Assembly: GCA_001938485.1 (NCBI GenBank)
Contig: MQRK01233262.1
Coordinates: forward strand, 1 to 54,460
DNA length: 54,460 bases
From: Girardia tigrina
Lineage: Eukaryota
Reading direction: 5' to 3'
In this document: one piece after another, positions 12,361 through 23,375 of the stretch
Layout: each line of letters opens with the position of its first letter
Numbering within the stretch: the first letter of the stretch is position 1
Notes under the pieces: generated by a model
The model's input: only the letters and a program-made list of their open reading frames with translations
Told to the model about the DNA's origin: nothing
The model's database searches: none
Position numbers and translations under genes: made by a program

Positions 12361-13123
12361 AAACGTAATATATTATTAAATTTTAATATTTATTCTTTTA
12401 ATTTTAAATCGTTAAAAATTTTTTATCAAATTCCCCTTAAATCTTACAAATTTAATTTTTACAAAGGCTTATGATTTTTTACATCCATTTTCCGATTTAA
12501 ATTATTTAAATCTCAAACAGTTAAATAAAACTTAACCAATTTAACAAAAGCCATTGTGGCAGAGAGAGCTTCTACTGTTCCGGAACGGCGGCTGGAGCGG
12601 TGGATCGCTGAGCAGAGTGCGCGCCTAAATCGGATAGACCAGCGAATAGGCGGACTTTGTGAGGTTGAGCTCGATTGGCAGGAAGAACAAACGGAGTAAT
12701 TTGCCGCGCGTTGTCGTGTCAGGCCAAACGCCACGTACAGTTGGCCGATTTAAAAATCAAGTGAACAAGCATATACGAACAATTACTTTTCGTTTACACA
12801 ATTTTAATTCGAAAATTGTTTTCACTACACTCCTCTTAGTTTTATAAATAGTATTGTAACTGTTTTTTGAAAAATTCACTTTTATTTTTGTGACTATTTT
12901 TCAAAAGAAATTAAAAATTTTGGTTAATAAACTTTTTGAATTCTTCAGACACGGTTTACAAAATATATATATTTCATTCAATATGTATTTTTGCTCTAGT
13001 AAAATAGAAAAACTTTAGGGAAAAGTTTACTCAGTTTATCACATCAAATATTAATGAGATTAAACCATAACTGCTTATTTTATGACTGTCAATGAATCAG
13101 TCAAAGAAATTATTACGATCCTC

Positions 13124-13175
13124 AAATAATATTTACTCAACTTTCAAAATTTTTGTTTTATATGATTATACATAA

Positions 13176-13223
<48 letters not shown>

Positions 13224-13292
13224 CAAAAATAATTTTGTTNAAATAATATTTACTCAACTTTCAAAATTTTTGTTTTATATGATTATACATAA

Positions 13293-13338
<46 letters not shown>

Positions 13339-13355
13339 CAAAAATAATTTTGTTA
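13124..13355. repeat. Tandem duplicate of ~115 bp around a single N; probable unmerged contig overlap
   Basis: 13124-13239 is repeated at 13241-13355 and differs only in (TA)n length. Confidence 0.8.
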
Positions 13356-13519
13356 ACGCTTTTAAAGAATTTGATCATATTTCAGAGATTCTTCTTTCAT
13401 TATTAGCAATTATATTTGTTAGTTATATTTATTAATTACTTCCCTTTTTCTTTTTTTTATAAATGTTACCTTTTTATAAAATTATTAAAAGGGAATAATG
13501 TGATTAAATATTTATGGAA

Positions 13520-14821
13520 TTCTGTTTCATGTAATTTCTCAGAGTCATTTCTCTTCTTGCTTCTCTATCTTCGATGGCATTGGCGTAAGCTAGATCTGAA
13601 AGTTTCTTTTTTTCCTAGTTTTTTCTCAACTAGTTTTTCCACTAGTTCGTCAATCTTTTTTTTAGTACCGTTTAACATGAATTCTATTTCTGCCAACATT
13701 TCTACCCAATCTCTATGAATTTCATCCTTTAATCGTATATTTATGGCGTCTCTTATTGTTTTGAATTGCCTTTCTATGATTATGTTAGTTTTATGGTGAT
13801 AAGGACTTGAATAGACTATCTCCGTCTTAAATCTTTTCTTCGTTTCTTTAAAGAGTGCTGATTTGAAAGTTTTTTCTTTATCAACGTGTATCTCCTTTGG
13901 GGGTCCGAATTTCCAAATCCATTTATCCAATATTACCTTTCGTGTAGTCTTCTCGGCTTGGTGCAACTGCGGTCAAGCTGATGTACCTACTAAATTGATC
14001 GATTATTGCGAAAATGTATTGGTATCCATTCATAGACCTTCTGAATGGTCCGCAAAAGTCCATGTAAATGTTTTTAAATGGTTCGTCGGCAGATTGTTTA
14101 ATGTGTTTCTTTTTCGTTTTTGCCATCAGTGTCTTCCTTTTCTGGCAGTTTGTGCAACTTTATACGATGTTCTTTATTTGTTGTCTCATTTCATACATAT
14201 CGAAGTCATCTTTTATGTAATTGTAAACTTTCTTACTTCCTGCGTGGCATAACATTTTATGTATATCTTCTATAACGTCTGTTCTCTTCTTCAGAGGAAT
14301 CCAATATTTGTTATCTCTTGTCGTCACCATATTGTTTTTTAGAAGCCATTCTTTTGTCTTTCCCATTCTAACATTTTCTTTAATCTGTTCTATTTCTTTA
14401 TCATTTGTCTGCCCAATGAACTCTTCTGAATCTTCAGTTAATGCAAAAATTCTAGTTTTAACTTTTCCTTTTTAAGCGTCATCGAGCATTGTCTGACATT
14501 TTACACATAGTTCACATGTATTTCTCGACATTGCGTCTGCATTAGCGTGTTATTCGCAATTGCGGTATTCCATCCTCATGTCTAGTCCACTAAGGTAGTT
14601 TATCCAATTTTGGAATTGTAGAGTTATTGGGGTCTAAATAGAAACTTCTTTCCGTATAAGAAATGTTTGAAGTGTTGGGTGAAGTAATAGATTGCCAATA
14701 ATTCCTTTCTTGTAATACAGTATCCCAGTTCGTGTTTGTTCATCTTGTGGGATCCATATGCAATTACTCTTTCTCTTTCGTATCCATCCTTCTGTGCAAG
14801 TACCGCCCTATTGTATCAAAA
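13520..14821 (-). mobile_element. Gypsy pol remnant (RNase H, integrase) fused to a gag fragment
   Basis: VIAYGSHKMNKHELGYCIT; HKMLCHAG (HHCC); YMDFCGPF...IIDQFSRY; FGPPKEIHVD...SSPYHHKTN. The last ~140 bp match gag at 34460-34594. Confidence 0.9.
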
Positions 14822-14829
14822 CTATTGTA

Positions 14830-16710
14830 TCAAAAAAATGTATTTTTTTCAGACTTCAGTGAAGTTCCTTGGATTCCAAATCAATTCCGACGGCATCACT
14901 CCTATCCAAGATAGGATAAAAGCAATCTCGGAACTCGCATTGCCTGTCATAGTATCCCAACTCAGGAGTTTTATCGGCATGGTAAAATTCTATCATCGAT
15001 TTTTATCAAATGCTTCTGAAATTCTTGCACTACTGGTTTCTTTTTCATCAGGACCTAAGACTCTCAAACTCAATTGAACTGAAGATTTAACTTCCCGATT
15101 TTTCAAAATTCAGAATAAAATTCTCCATTGTCCAACTCTTATGTTCTATGACCCATCATTACAGTTACAGTTAACCTGCGACGCTTCCGATATTGCAATT
15201 GGAGCTGCATTGCATCAAAAGAGGGAACAGACCATTGAACCTATTTAATTCTTCTCTCGAAAACTTTCAGACACTGAAACCTGATATTCAGCATTCGATC
15301 GAAAACTTCTAGCAATTCATGACGCTGTTTCACATTTTTCACATTTTCTTTCAGGTCACCAATTTTAGATATTAACCGATCACAGGCCGCTGGTGCACCT
15401 TATCCAAATGAAAAACCCGTCACCTCGACAACATCGACAGATTTTATATTTATCACAATTTGATTTTGCAGTTTCACATCTTCCCGGCAAGGAAAATGTT
15501 GTTGCTGATTTTCTATCCAGAAATCCAGTTTCAGCAATATAACTTCTCCTAGATTCAGCTCTCGAGTTACTTCAGTCTGAAAATCTTTCCAAAGAAGAGA
15601 TCACTGATTTCCTAAATCATTATATCGACACTGATGGTAACTTATGATTCTGTGATCTCGGTGTCCGAAGAATCATCGTTCCTACCGGTTTACGCAGGCG
15701 CATCTTCGAAACATTCCTCAAATTTCACCATTCAGGTCGAAAAGCAACATTCGAGCTGATTCATACTCGTTTTGTCTGGCCAAACATCAGACGTAATATC
15801 AAGACGGTGCCAAGAATATACCGATTTCCAAAAACAGAAAGTAACGCGGCATATTAAACCACCAGTTATCAGATTACCAACAGGCAATCGTTTTGAGATT
15901 GTAAATCTAGACATTGTCGGTCCACTACCACCTTTAAATGGATGCTCTTATATTTTAACAATGATCGATCGGAAAACAAGATGGCCTGAAGCAGTTCCAA
16001 TCTCATCAATTTCTGCTGGAAATTTTGCTAGACATTTTGTGAACACTTGGATTGCTCGGTACGGTGTACCTTCTCATGTTATCACGGATCAAGGTCGGTA
16101 ATTCCAAAGCAATTTTTATTAGGCTCTTACAAAACATCTTGGTTTCAAACACGTCCATACGACTTCGAATCACCCACAATCGAACGGTCTTGTCGAGCGT
16201 TTCCATCGAACCTTTAAGACTTCTCTACGTTATTTAGGTACCTCTTCAAACTGGCATGATTGTCTTCTACTCGTGTTATTAGGTTGGCGAAGTACTTTTC
16301 AATCATCTACAGGGACTTCTCCTAGTGTTATGTTATTCGGAGCTGGAACAGCTTTCCCTGATGAGTTTTTTAGAGAAACGATTAATACTGATCTCGAAGC
16401 TCTACATGCTGCCATAAAACACTTCCTCTCCTCTGATACAAACCCATCTTTTGGCAACTCTGCCCAGAAATTAACTCATCTGCCAAGTTCAGTGCTCTCA
16501 GCCAAGTATGTCTGGATCCGTTAAAAAGATACCCATCATATGAAGCCTTGTTATACTGGACCATTTCCGGTTATTTCTATTAAAGGTAATGTTGCAAAAA
16601 TTAAAATTCAGGATGCCGAACAAACCATCAATCTCGAGCGTCTGAAGCAAACATTCGGTTTTTCCCAAGACGAGAAGCATCCCGAACTCCTTTCTTCTCC
16701 AAGGAGGCTA
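14830..16710 (+). mobile_element. Gypsy pol remnant (RT end, RNase H, integrase)
   Basis: VKFLGFQI; QLRSFIGMVKFYHRF; LTCDASDIAIGAAL; ILTDHRPL; VNLDIVGPLP...IDRKTRWPEAVP; YGVPSHVITDQG; HPQSNGLVERFHR; YTGPF. Confidence 0.95.
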
Positions 16711-16990
16711 TGTGGTGATGTCATTCCTCACCACATTCAGTAATATTGAACTTCAATGATGTCAAATCCCATGACATCACTAGAGTTCAAATTCCGGTGA
16801 TTTCATATGTCATGACATCACCGGAATGTACTATTGCAATGTCAATTTCAATTGCATCAACTGACCCCGGGGACATATTATATATTATTGCCTTAATATA
16901 AAAGGGGAAGACTTCCAAGTTTAATAGGTTAGCAAACCCCAATCAATATTTTATATAATAAATTTTATTATCTAGTTTTCGTTCTTTACA
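16711..16990 (+). repeat. Putative 3' LTR (~280 bp) of the plus-strand Gypsy element
   Basis: Follows the purine tract aaggagg. TGT...ACA ends, with internal TATAAAA and AATAAA. The second LTR is not in the window. Confidence 0.7.
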
Positions 16991-17324
16991 GTATCCTTTA
17001 AATATAACAATTTTCCCACAGGATTTAATAAAAATGAATTAGCTGTAAAATATATTTTATTTTAAATACATAGCAAATAATTATGAAAGAGAAAGTTATA
17101 ATATAATTTTTATTTTGTGAATATAGTTTATGTTAATACTTTTATTTATTGTGATTAATTTTTTTTCTATTTTATTTTTTATTAATATATATTAGCCATA
17201 TTTCGGTATGGCTTTTTGTCATCCGATTTTTTCGATTCCTATTTTCATTTTCTTTATTAATAATATGAATTTTAAAAATTTTTGAATAATTTCTAATATT
17301 TAAGTCAATAAATCAATAATTTGA

Positions 17325-17922
17325 TCAATTTTTGTCTATTTTCAAAGTCTCAAAAAGATCCCTTTTGAGGGGTATGGGGTATAACCCCAATAAATACATT
17401 ACTCTCGGGTCGCTTGGGAAATTATTATTATCAATTACCGTTCTCTGGATCAATAAATCACACGCAATAGAAAAGTAAATTTCAATTATTGTTATCTCAT
17501 CATTATATTTCACTTGTCATATAATTGTCGGTTTGATCATACCTTAGATTTTCACTCTAAAAATGTTATGCTGTCTTTTCGTTCCGATTCTGCTCCGATT
17601 ATGGACCCACACAATCATCACATCGAACCACTCCGTGTTTTCCAACTTCTCGGCAGTTAGAATCGCCTCGTTTAACTGCACCACACGAGTATCATTCGCC
17701 GCTCGCATCCTCGTCAGTAGATCCGTATCGACCGCCCACCGGAGTTGGTCGTGCCTGCCTATCACCTCGTAATACGCAGCCCTACCGCTTGTTATTATCA
17801 CATTCATCAATTTCTCTTTAATTTCGTCTTCAACACAATCGATTTGATAGGAAACGCCTATCGAGGTATTCGTTAAAATGTTTCTTCAAATCCTTCTTGT
17901 GAAAAAAATTTTTAACGGGCAT
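17325..17922 (-). pseudogene. PSMD6: 26S proteasome non-ATPase subunit Rpn7/PSMD6 pseudogene (N-terminal half)
   Basis: Starts MPVKN (cf. MPLEN). Core EKLMNVIITSGRAAYYEV...LRWAVDTDLLTRMRAANDTRVVQLNEAILTAEK...SRIGTK aligns with DELMAAVRDNNMAPYYEA...[33 protein letters not shown]...CRIGDK. Later YDQT and GLYPIPLKRD. Several frameshifts and stops. Confidence 0.8.
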
Positions 17923-20900
17923 ATTTTCGTTCTTTTCAAATACCGACAGTAAAATCACAAAAAAAATAATTTAAAATGAATAATAACAAATATCAGATTC
18001 TAATACAATTTATTTTCAAACTTTCAGTTTCTTATTTAAAATAACAACAATAAATTTATAAAAACTTTTTTAATAATTAATTTTTTTAATTATAAAATAT
18101 TATCAAATCAATAATAAATATTTATATTTCTTGTCAAAAAAAATATTCAACAGATATCACAAGAATATTAATACATGTTTCCACACAAGGAAAATGCTTT
18201 TGAAGCCTTTATTATAAAGCTAAAAATGCAAATTCATTTAGCGAATATAACATAAATCAGGAATATAATACAAACAGATTGTATAAATATTAATATACAG
18301 AGTTTTCCAGATCAATCAATTTTACCATTTTACAATTAATAGCAAACGAAATACAAGTATTAAAAACCAAAAAACCTATGCAAAATAAAAGCCCAAAGTG
18401 CCTTGATTCTCGATCAACTACCATGCTCTCTAACCAAGTTTATAGAAAAATGTTTTGACTGCGAAACTCCATTTTCATTAAAATGCTGTCAATTAAAATA
18501 AATGGTCAATCAAAACAAATTTTTTAAGTACTAGTAATAAATATTGTTCACAATAAAAATTATTAAAACATTGTGAATTTTTTATTTTATACCGAGTCTT
18601 AGAAGTTATTTGTTGTGAGAGAGTAGAAAGACCTCATTTTCCGATCAAAAATCACCTCGAAGGGAGAGAATCCAGTGCTTCTACAAATTGTATTTCTTAA
18701 TCCAAATTCAACAAAAAATCAATTCAAGCCTCTTCCCATTCACATCCAGATGACTTCGCTGTTGCGTAAAGCATGTCTTTTGCTGTACCAAATAGTCTCT
18801 CAATTACCCCGTCACCTTGAGGATAATATGGTGAGCTCCGATATTATCTAATTTCGAGAAGAGCACAAAGTTCCTGTACGATCTCGCTCTCAAAAGCAGT
18901 CCCTCTATCTGAGTGTATCCTGTCCGGGATTCCAAATTGCACGATCCATTTGTCAAATATGGATTTGCATATCGTTTTCGCAGTTTTTTTGAAGCGATAT
19001 CAGCATGGGGTATTTTGAAAAGTTATCAATAATTCCCAAGATGTATCTACATCCATTTTTACTTTCTGGAAGTGGTCCTTTTACATCAATAGATATTGTT
19101 CCAAAGGGGTACCCTGCATTTAAGGATCCATGAGCCTTATTTGTGTCTGGTCGTTGATTTTTTCGGCTCTGACATTCTTTACATTTTCCTATTCTTATTC
19201 TAACATCAAAAGACATACCTGGCCAGTAGAATTTATCCTTTACAAGAGCTGTTGTTTTGCTGACTCCGATGTGTCCATGCAACATATGGGCATGACCGAT
19301 GATTTCATTTCTTCTATTTTTTTGCAAAAGAAGTTTATAGTCTCCTTTAAATCGCAAGTCCTCCCGATTTCTCCATAGCACCTGGGCTTCTCTTTCTGCA
19401 TTCTGAAGTTCTCCAGGATATTGATCTTCAACGTTTTTGTTTTTCATAAGTTTAATTATCAAAGCCAGATTATTATCATCCGTCTGACAGACCTCTTCTT
19501 CTTCCATTGCTATCTGCCGGCAGTAGACAGCAGCTTTTTTTATCATTTTGATTTTCATTGTAATATTTAACATTTCGTTTTGCCTTCGGATTTTCGTGGC
19601 TCATTGCACATTGTTGGCATTGGGATAGAGCATCCGCATTCTTATGTTCTTCTCCTTTCCGGTATTGGATATCAAAGACACTCAATTCATTGAGCCATGA
19701 ACTAAATTGACTTGTACTCGGTGTTTTCCTATTCATCATTCAGCATAGAGCTTTGTGGTCAGTTCTTATACTAAATCTTCTTCCAAATAAATAGTGTCTA
19801 TACATTTTTGTATATTTATAGACACTCAATAACTCCCTTGCAAAAAATTGTCACTTTGCTGGTGCAATCTTTAGACCGGCTTCTTTACTTTTGGAAAATA
19901 CTTTTCGCAGTCTGACTAAATGCTCCTCTTATGTCTTCCCAAAAACTAGAATATCATCCAAATATATCAAGCATTCCCTCAAGTCTTCTTCCTTTAATAT
20001 CGCTTAAATAACTCTTTGGAACGTTCCCGGCGCTGCCGCTAAGACCATTGGCAACCTCAAAAACTCCCAATGTCCTTTTCTAGTACTAAACGCTATTTTC
20101 TCTCTATCACACTCTGCAAGACTGTTATAATATCCTGCAGCCAAATCAATTGTACTAAAGTGCTTCGCTCCTCCCAAGGTATCAAAAAGCTTTTGTACGT
20201 CAGGAATTGGAAATGATGGAACTTTAGTCTTTTGATTTAGTCTCCGGTAATCTACTGTAAGTCGAATATCTCCGTCCTTTTTTCGTACAATCACTATAGG
20301 AGCGTTCCACTCTGATAGACTTGGTTGAATATTATTTTTCTGTAGCAATTGTTCAACAAACTCATCCACTTTTTCTTGGAGCGCCACCGGAATTCTCCTT
20401 GTTTGCTCCTGTATCGGGCCATTATCTTTAAGCTCTATTTTATGCTCAGTGTTCCGCGCCAAGCCTATATCATATTTAGACCAACTAAATACGTCTCTGA
20501 ATTCTTTCACTAAACTAATAATATTGTCTCTATTTCTATCATTCACACATCTAAATTGGGATAAGAGACACTCACTTTCAGGCGCTTCTCGTGTAATGGT
20601 AGCTGTTACAGTCTGAGTCTCATAGGGCACATCTGCTTCCGACTCCTCAAACAGTGCCCTTTTAATTTAACTGATTTGTTGGGACTGCCGTATCTGAATT
20701 CACCTTCGAAACGAATGAAACGAAAATTATTCCACTATTAACACCATTATTATCGAGATCAATCTTAATCCAAAGACTCTTCATGCTCCATATCCCAAGA
20801 ATTATATCCGGGCTCAATCCATCCACAACAAAGAAATTTCAACTTTTCCCTTTAGCACCCAATTCAACTATCAGGGATACTTCCGCTCGTACAGGCGCTG

Positions 20901-21119
20901 TAAATCCATCTGCACACTTGATTTTTCTGGATGAACGTCTGGCTTTCAATGTTTTATCTGAATCTTGGAACTTCATTAGCATGTCATTGCTGATAGTATT
21001 CACTTCGGCTCCGGTGTCTAATAAGATCTTTTTACTGTTCCCATTGATCCGACCGTAACACATTGGTTTGTTCTGATCTTTTACTTTATAACTGCTCTTC
21101 TTTATTCGAAGATTATTCT

Positions 21120-21785
21120 GTTCCTTTTGTTAAGGTTTCGAAAAATACTTATGAACACTTTTGATAAAATTTTATGTAAAAAAATTAAAATAATTCTTTT
21201 GCTAAAATTATTAATTTCAAACAAAATAATATTTAGTTTATCAAAATTTGGAATTGAAAATTAAAAATATTTTAGTCTTTGTTTTATTATATCAATTTTA
21301 AAGGCTGATGAAAACCACTATATAAACAGCAGCAAATTTTATTTAGTTTGCCCAAAAATTTCTAATTTAAAACTACAAGAAGTAAGAATCGTAAAGTTTA
21401 TTTTTATTTTTTTATTCGATTAATATTCCTCTATTGAAAGTTCTGATCGATAGTACCCTGTAGAGGAGAAGTGATCATTGTAATTTTCAATTGTTTACGG
21501 TTATCGTTCGTCTAGAAGATTTAGAGTTTGAAAATAAACAAAATATCCGAATATCCGTTTGTGAATACGTCTATTGATACTATTGAATTGAACAATATAA
21601 AGCTGTGTGCTATTTTGTGTTATTGAAAAATAAAGTATTTGGAAAAAGAATTTTGTGTTCATTTATTTATATATTTATGTTGGAAGTCCTTTCTGATTAA
21701 TTGGAGTCAGATTTCAGATTAAAGATTAACGATTAAAGATTTAAGATTTGTTTTTAAAAAATAATATTTAAATTAAAGATAATTT
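21120..21785. other. AT-rich insertion separating gag from protease
   Basis: Abrupt composition change inside the Gypsy element. Patchy similarity to 32580-32770. Confidence 0.5.
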
Positions 21786-22832
21786 AATACCCAACACTTT
21801 TGTTTCGGAACTGTTTCTTTCACCGCTCTGGCATACGACTTCTTTGCATTTGAAATATGACAAATTCTCGGTTTTTCTGTACCTCTTCCCGTGTCTGTTT
21901 CACTTTCATTACTGGATATACTGGCAGACTCGACCACGTGGACTGATTTACGTTTTCCGTTTAGACAAAATTTATCTATATGCCCCTTTTCGTTGCATTT
22001 TTTGCAGAATCGAGACTTTTTACAGTCTCTCAAAATGTGACTGCTGCTCCCACAATTCCAGCATCCAATTGTTTCTTTGACAGGATTTCTAGTTCTATTA
22101 TCGCCTTTCCATTGACTCGATTGACTTTCTTGATGCAGACCTTTTACCGTTTCCTGCAATGAGGTAATACGTTTGTTCAGTTCTGAAATTTCATCCCTGA
22201 GCATTCGAATTTCATCATTCTCGGACAGCACATTTACTGTTGCCGCCATCTCCTGGGTTACACATTCTTTTTTTATCATCTTGAATGCTTCATCCAAAGT
22301 TTTAGGCTGCAACACTTTTAGTGCTTTTTGAGCTATGTCATTCATTAAACCATTTATAGAAACTTGGAGAGTTTTTGGCTCTCTTTCTTCGGAGGTCAAC
22401 TCCGGTAATTCTTTAAAACAATGAATTCTGGCTTCTTTCATAAAGTCCTTCATTGGCTGGCCATCCTTCTGTCGAATGCCGTTTAGTTTCATCCACGATG
22501 AAATATCTGACTTCTTTCGTCCGAACAGCTTCAAAAAAGTTTCCTTGAGGATGGAACGAAACCAAATCCTCGAAACCCTTTTGGTTTTGGGTGTAACCCC
22601 ACTGCGACTTCAGAAAACACTGAACATCTTCTTCCAAGTATTCCATGAAGAATTCAGCTTGTGTTTCCTCCGATATTTTAAGTTGCCGCATAAATGCATC
22701 CATGCATTTCAAAAATTGGGCAGCATCGTTCCCTTCTTCGAATGTTTCGGAGTTTAGGCGGAGTCCTTTTTCAGGATTCTATTCAAAATTACTTCAAGTA
22801 ATTTCGACTGGTGATCTCCACTATCGGCTTTG

Positions 22833-22850
22833 ATCCTGCTCATGACGCCA
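22833..22850 (-). promoter_or_regulatory. Primer-binding site, tRNA-Ser-like
   Basis: TGGCGTCATGAGCAGGAT (18 nt) is complementary to a tRNA 3' end ATCCTGCTCATGACG-CCA and lies 4 nt from the LTR end. Confidence 0.8.
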
Positions 22851-22854
22851 CTAT

Positions 22855-22973
22855 TGTGAAAGAGAATATCCAACTAAGAAAAATATATTTGAATTAACAA
22901 TTTACAATAATGATTATTAAAACACACACACACACACATTACAATACATTAATATTTACATAATTATTCCACA
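22855..22973 (-). repeat. Putative 119-bp 5' LTR with an internal (TG)n tract
   Basis: TGTGGAA...TTTCACA inverted termini directly upstream of the PBS. Confidence 0.7.
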
Positions 22974-23375
22974 TTATTAATCGAACTACGAAGAAGGATC
23001 CGACAACAATCTTAGTGGTATTATCCGCTCCAATACTGACTGCGTAACTAGTTTCTTCATTTTTGACGTCGTTAAATAAGAGCTAGAGTAAATTAATGTC
23101 AGACATTGAGCACACCAGGTTTCAACATTTTTATAGGCAACCATACCTTAAAGCAAAACAAAATGTATTAATCAGAAGTCGACGTTAAACTATTTTAAGC
23201 TTTTATTAGTTTATTACAAACCATTATTGTTTAAAGAAAAAATGCTTCGAAATTGATTGAAAGAGTTGAATTTAAAAAATTATTTAAAAGATACCTATTA
23301 AATTATTAACTAGTAAATTTTATAGAAATTAAAAATATAATAAAAAAAATTTCACAAATATAAAGAAACATTTAT

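Larger units (their letters stand above)
18590..22973 (-). mobile_element. Near full-length decayed Ty3/Gypsy element (5' LTR, PBS, gag, protease, RT, RNase H, integrase)
   Basis: Two gag CCHC knuckles; LLDTGAEVN; SEWNAPIVIVRKKDG..RLTVDYRRLN; IYLDDILV; RTDHKAL; HGHIG...FYWPGM; IDVKGPLP; IHSDRG. No 3' LTR seen. Confidence 0.95.

Noticed and set aside
12550-12750. rRNA, tRNA or snRNA gene in the GC-rich islands
   Set aside because: No cloverleaf, rRNA or snRNA motif recognised. tRNA-like sequence at 22833 and 44274 is limited to PBS length.
16710-16856. CRISPR-like array
   Set aside because: No constant-length direct repeats with spacers and no cas genes; it lies in a retrotransposon LTR.
17194-17217. 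Bacterial intrinsic terminator
   Set aside because: The context is eukaryotic with no upstream plus-strand gene. Kept only as a hairpin.
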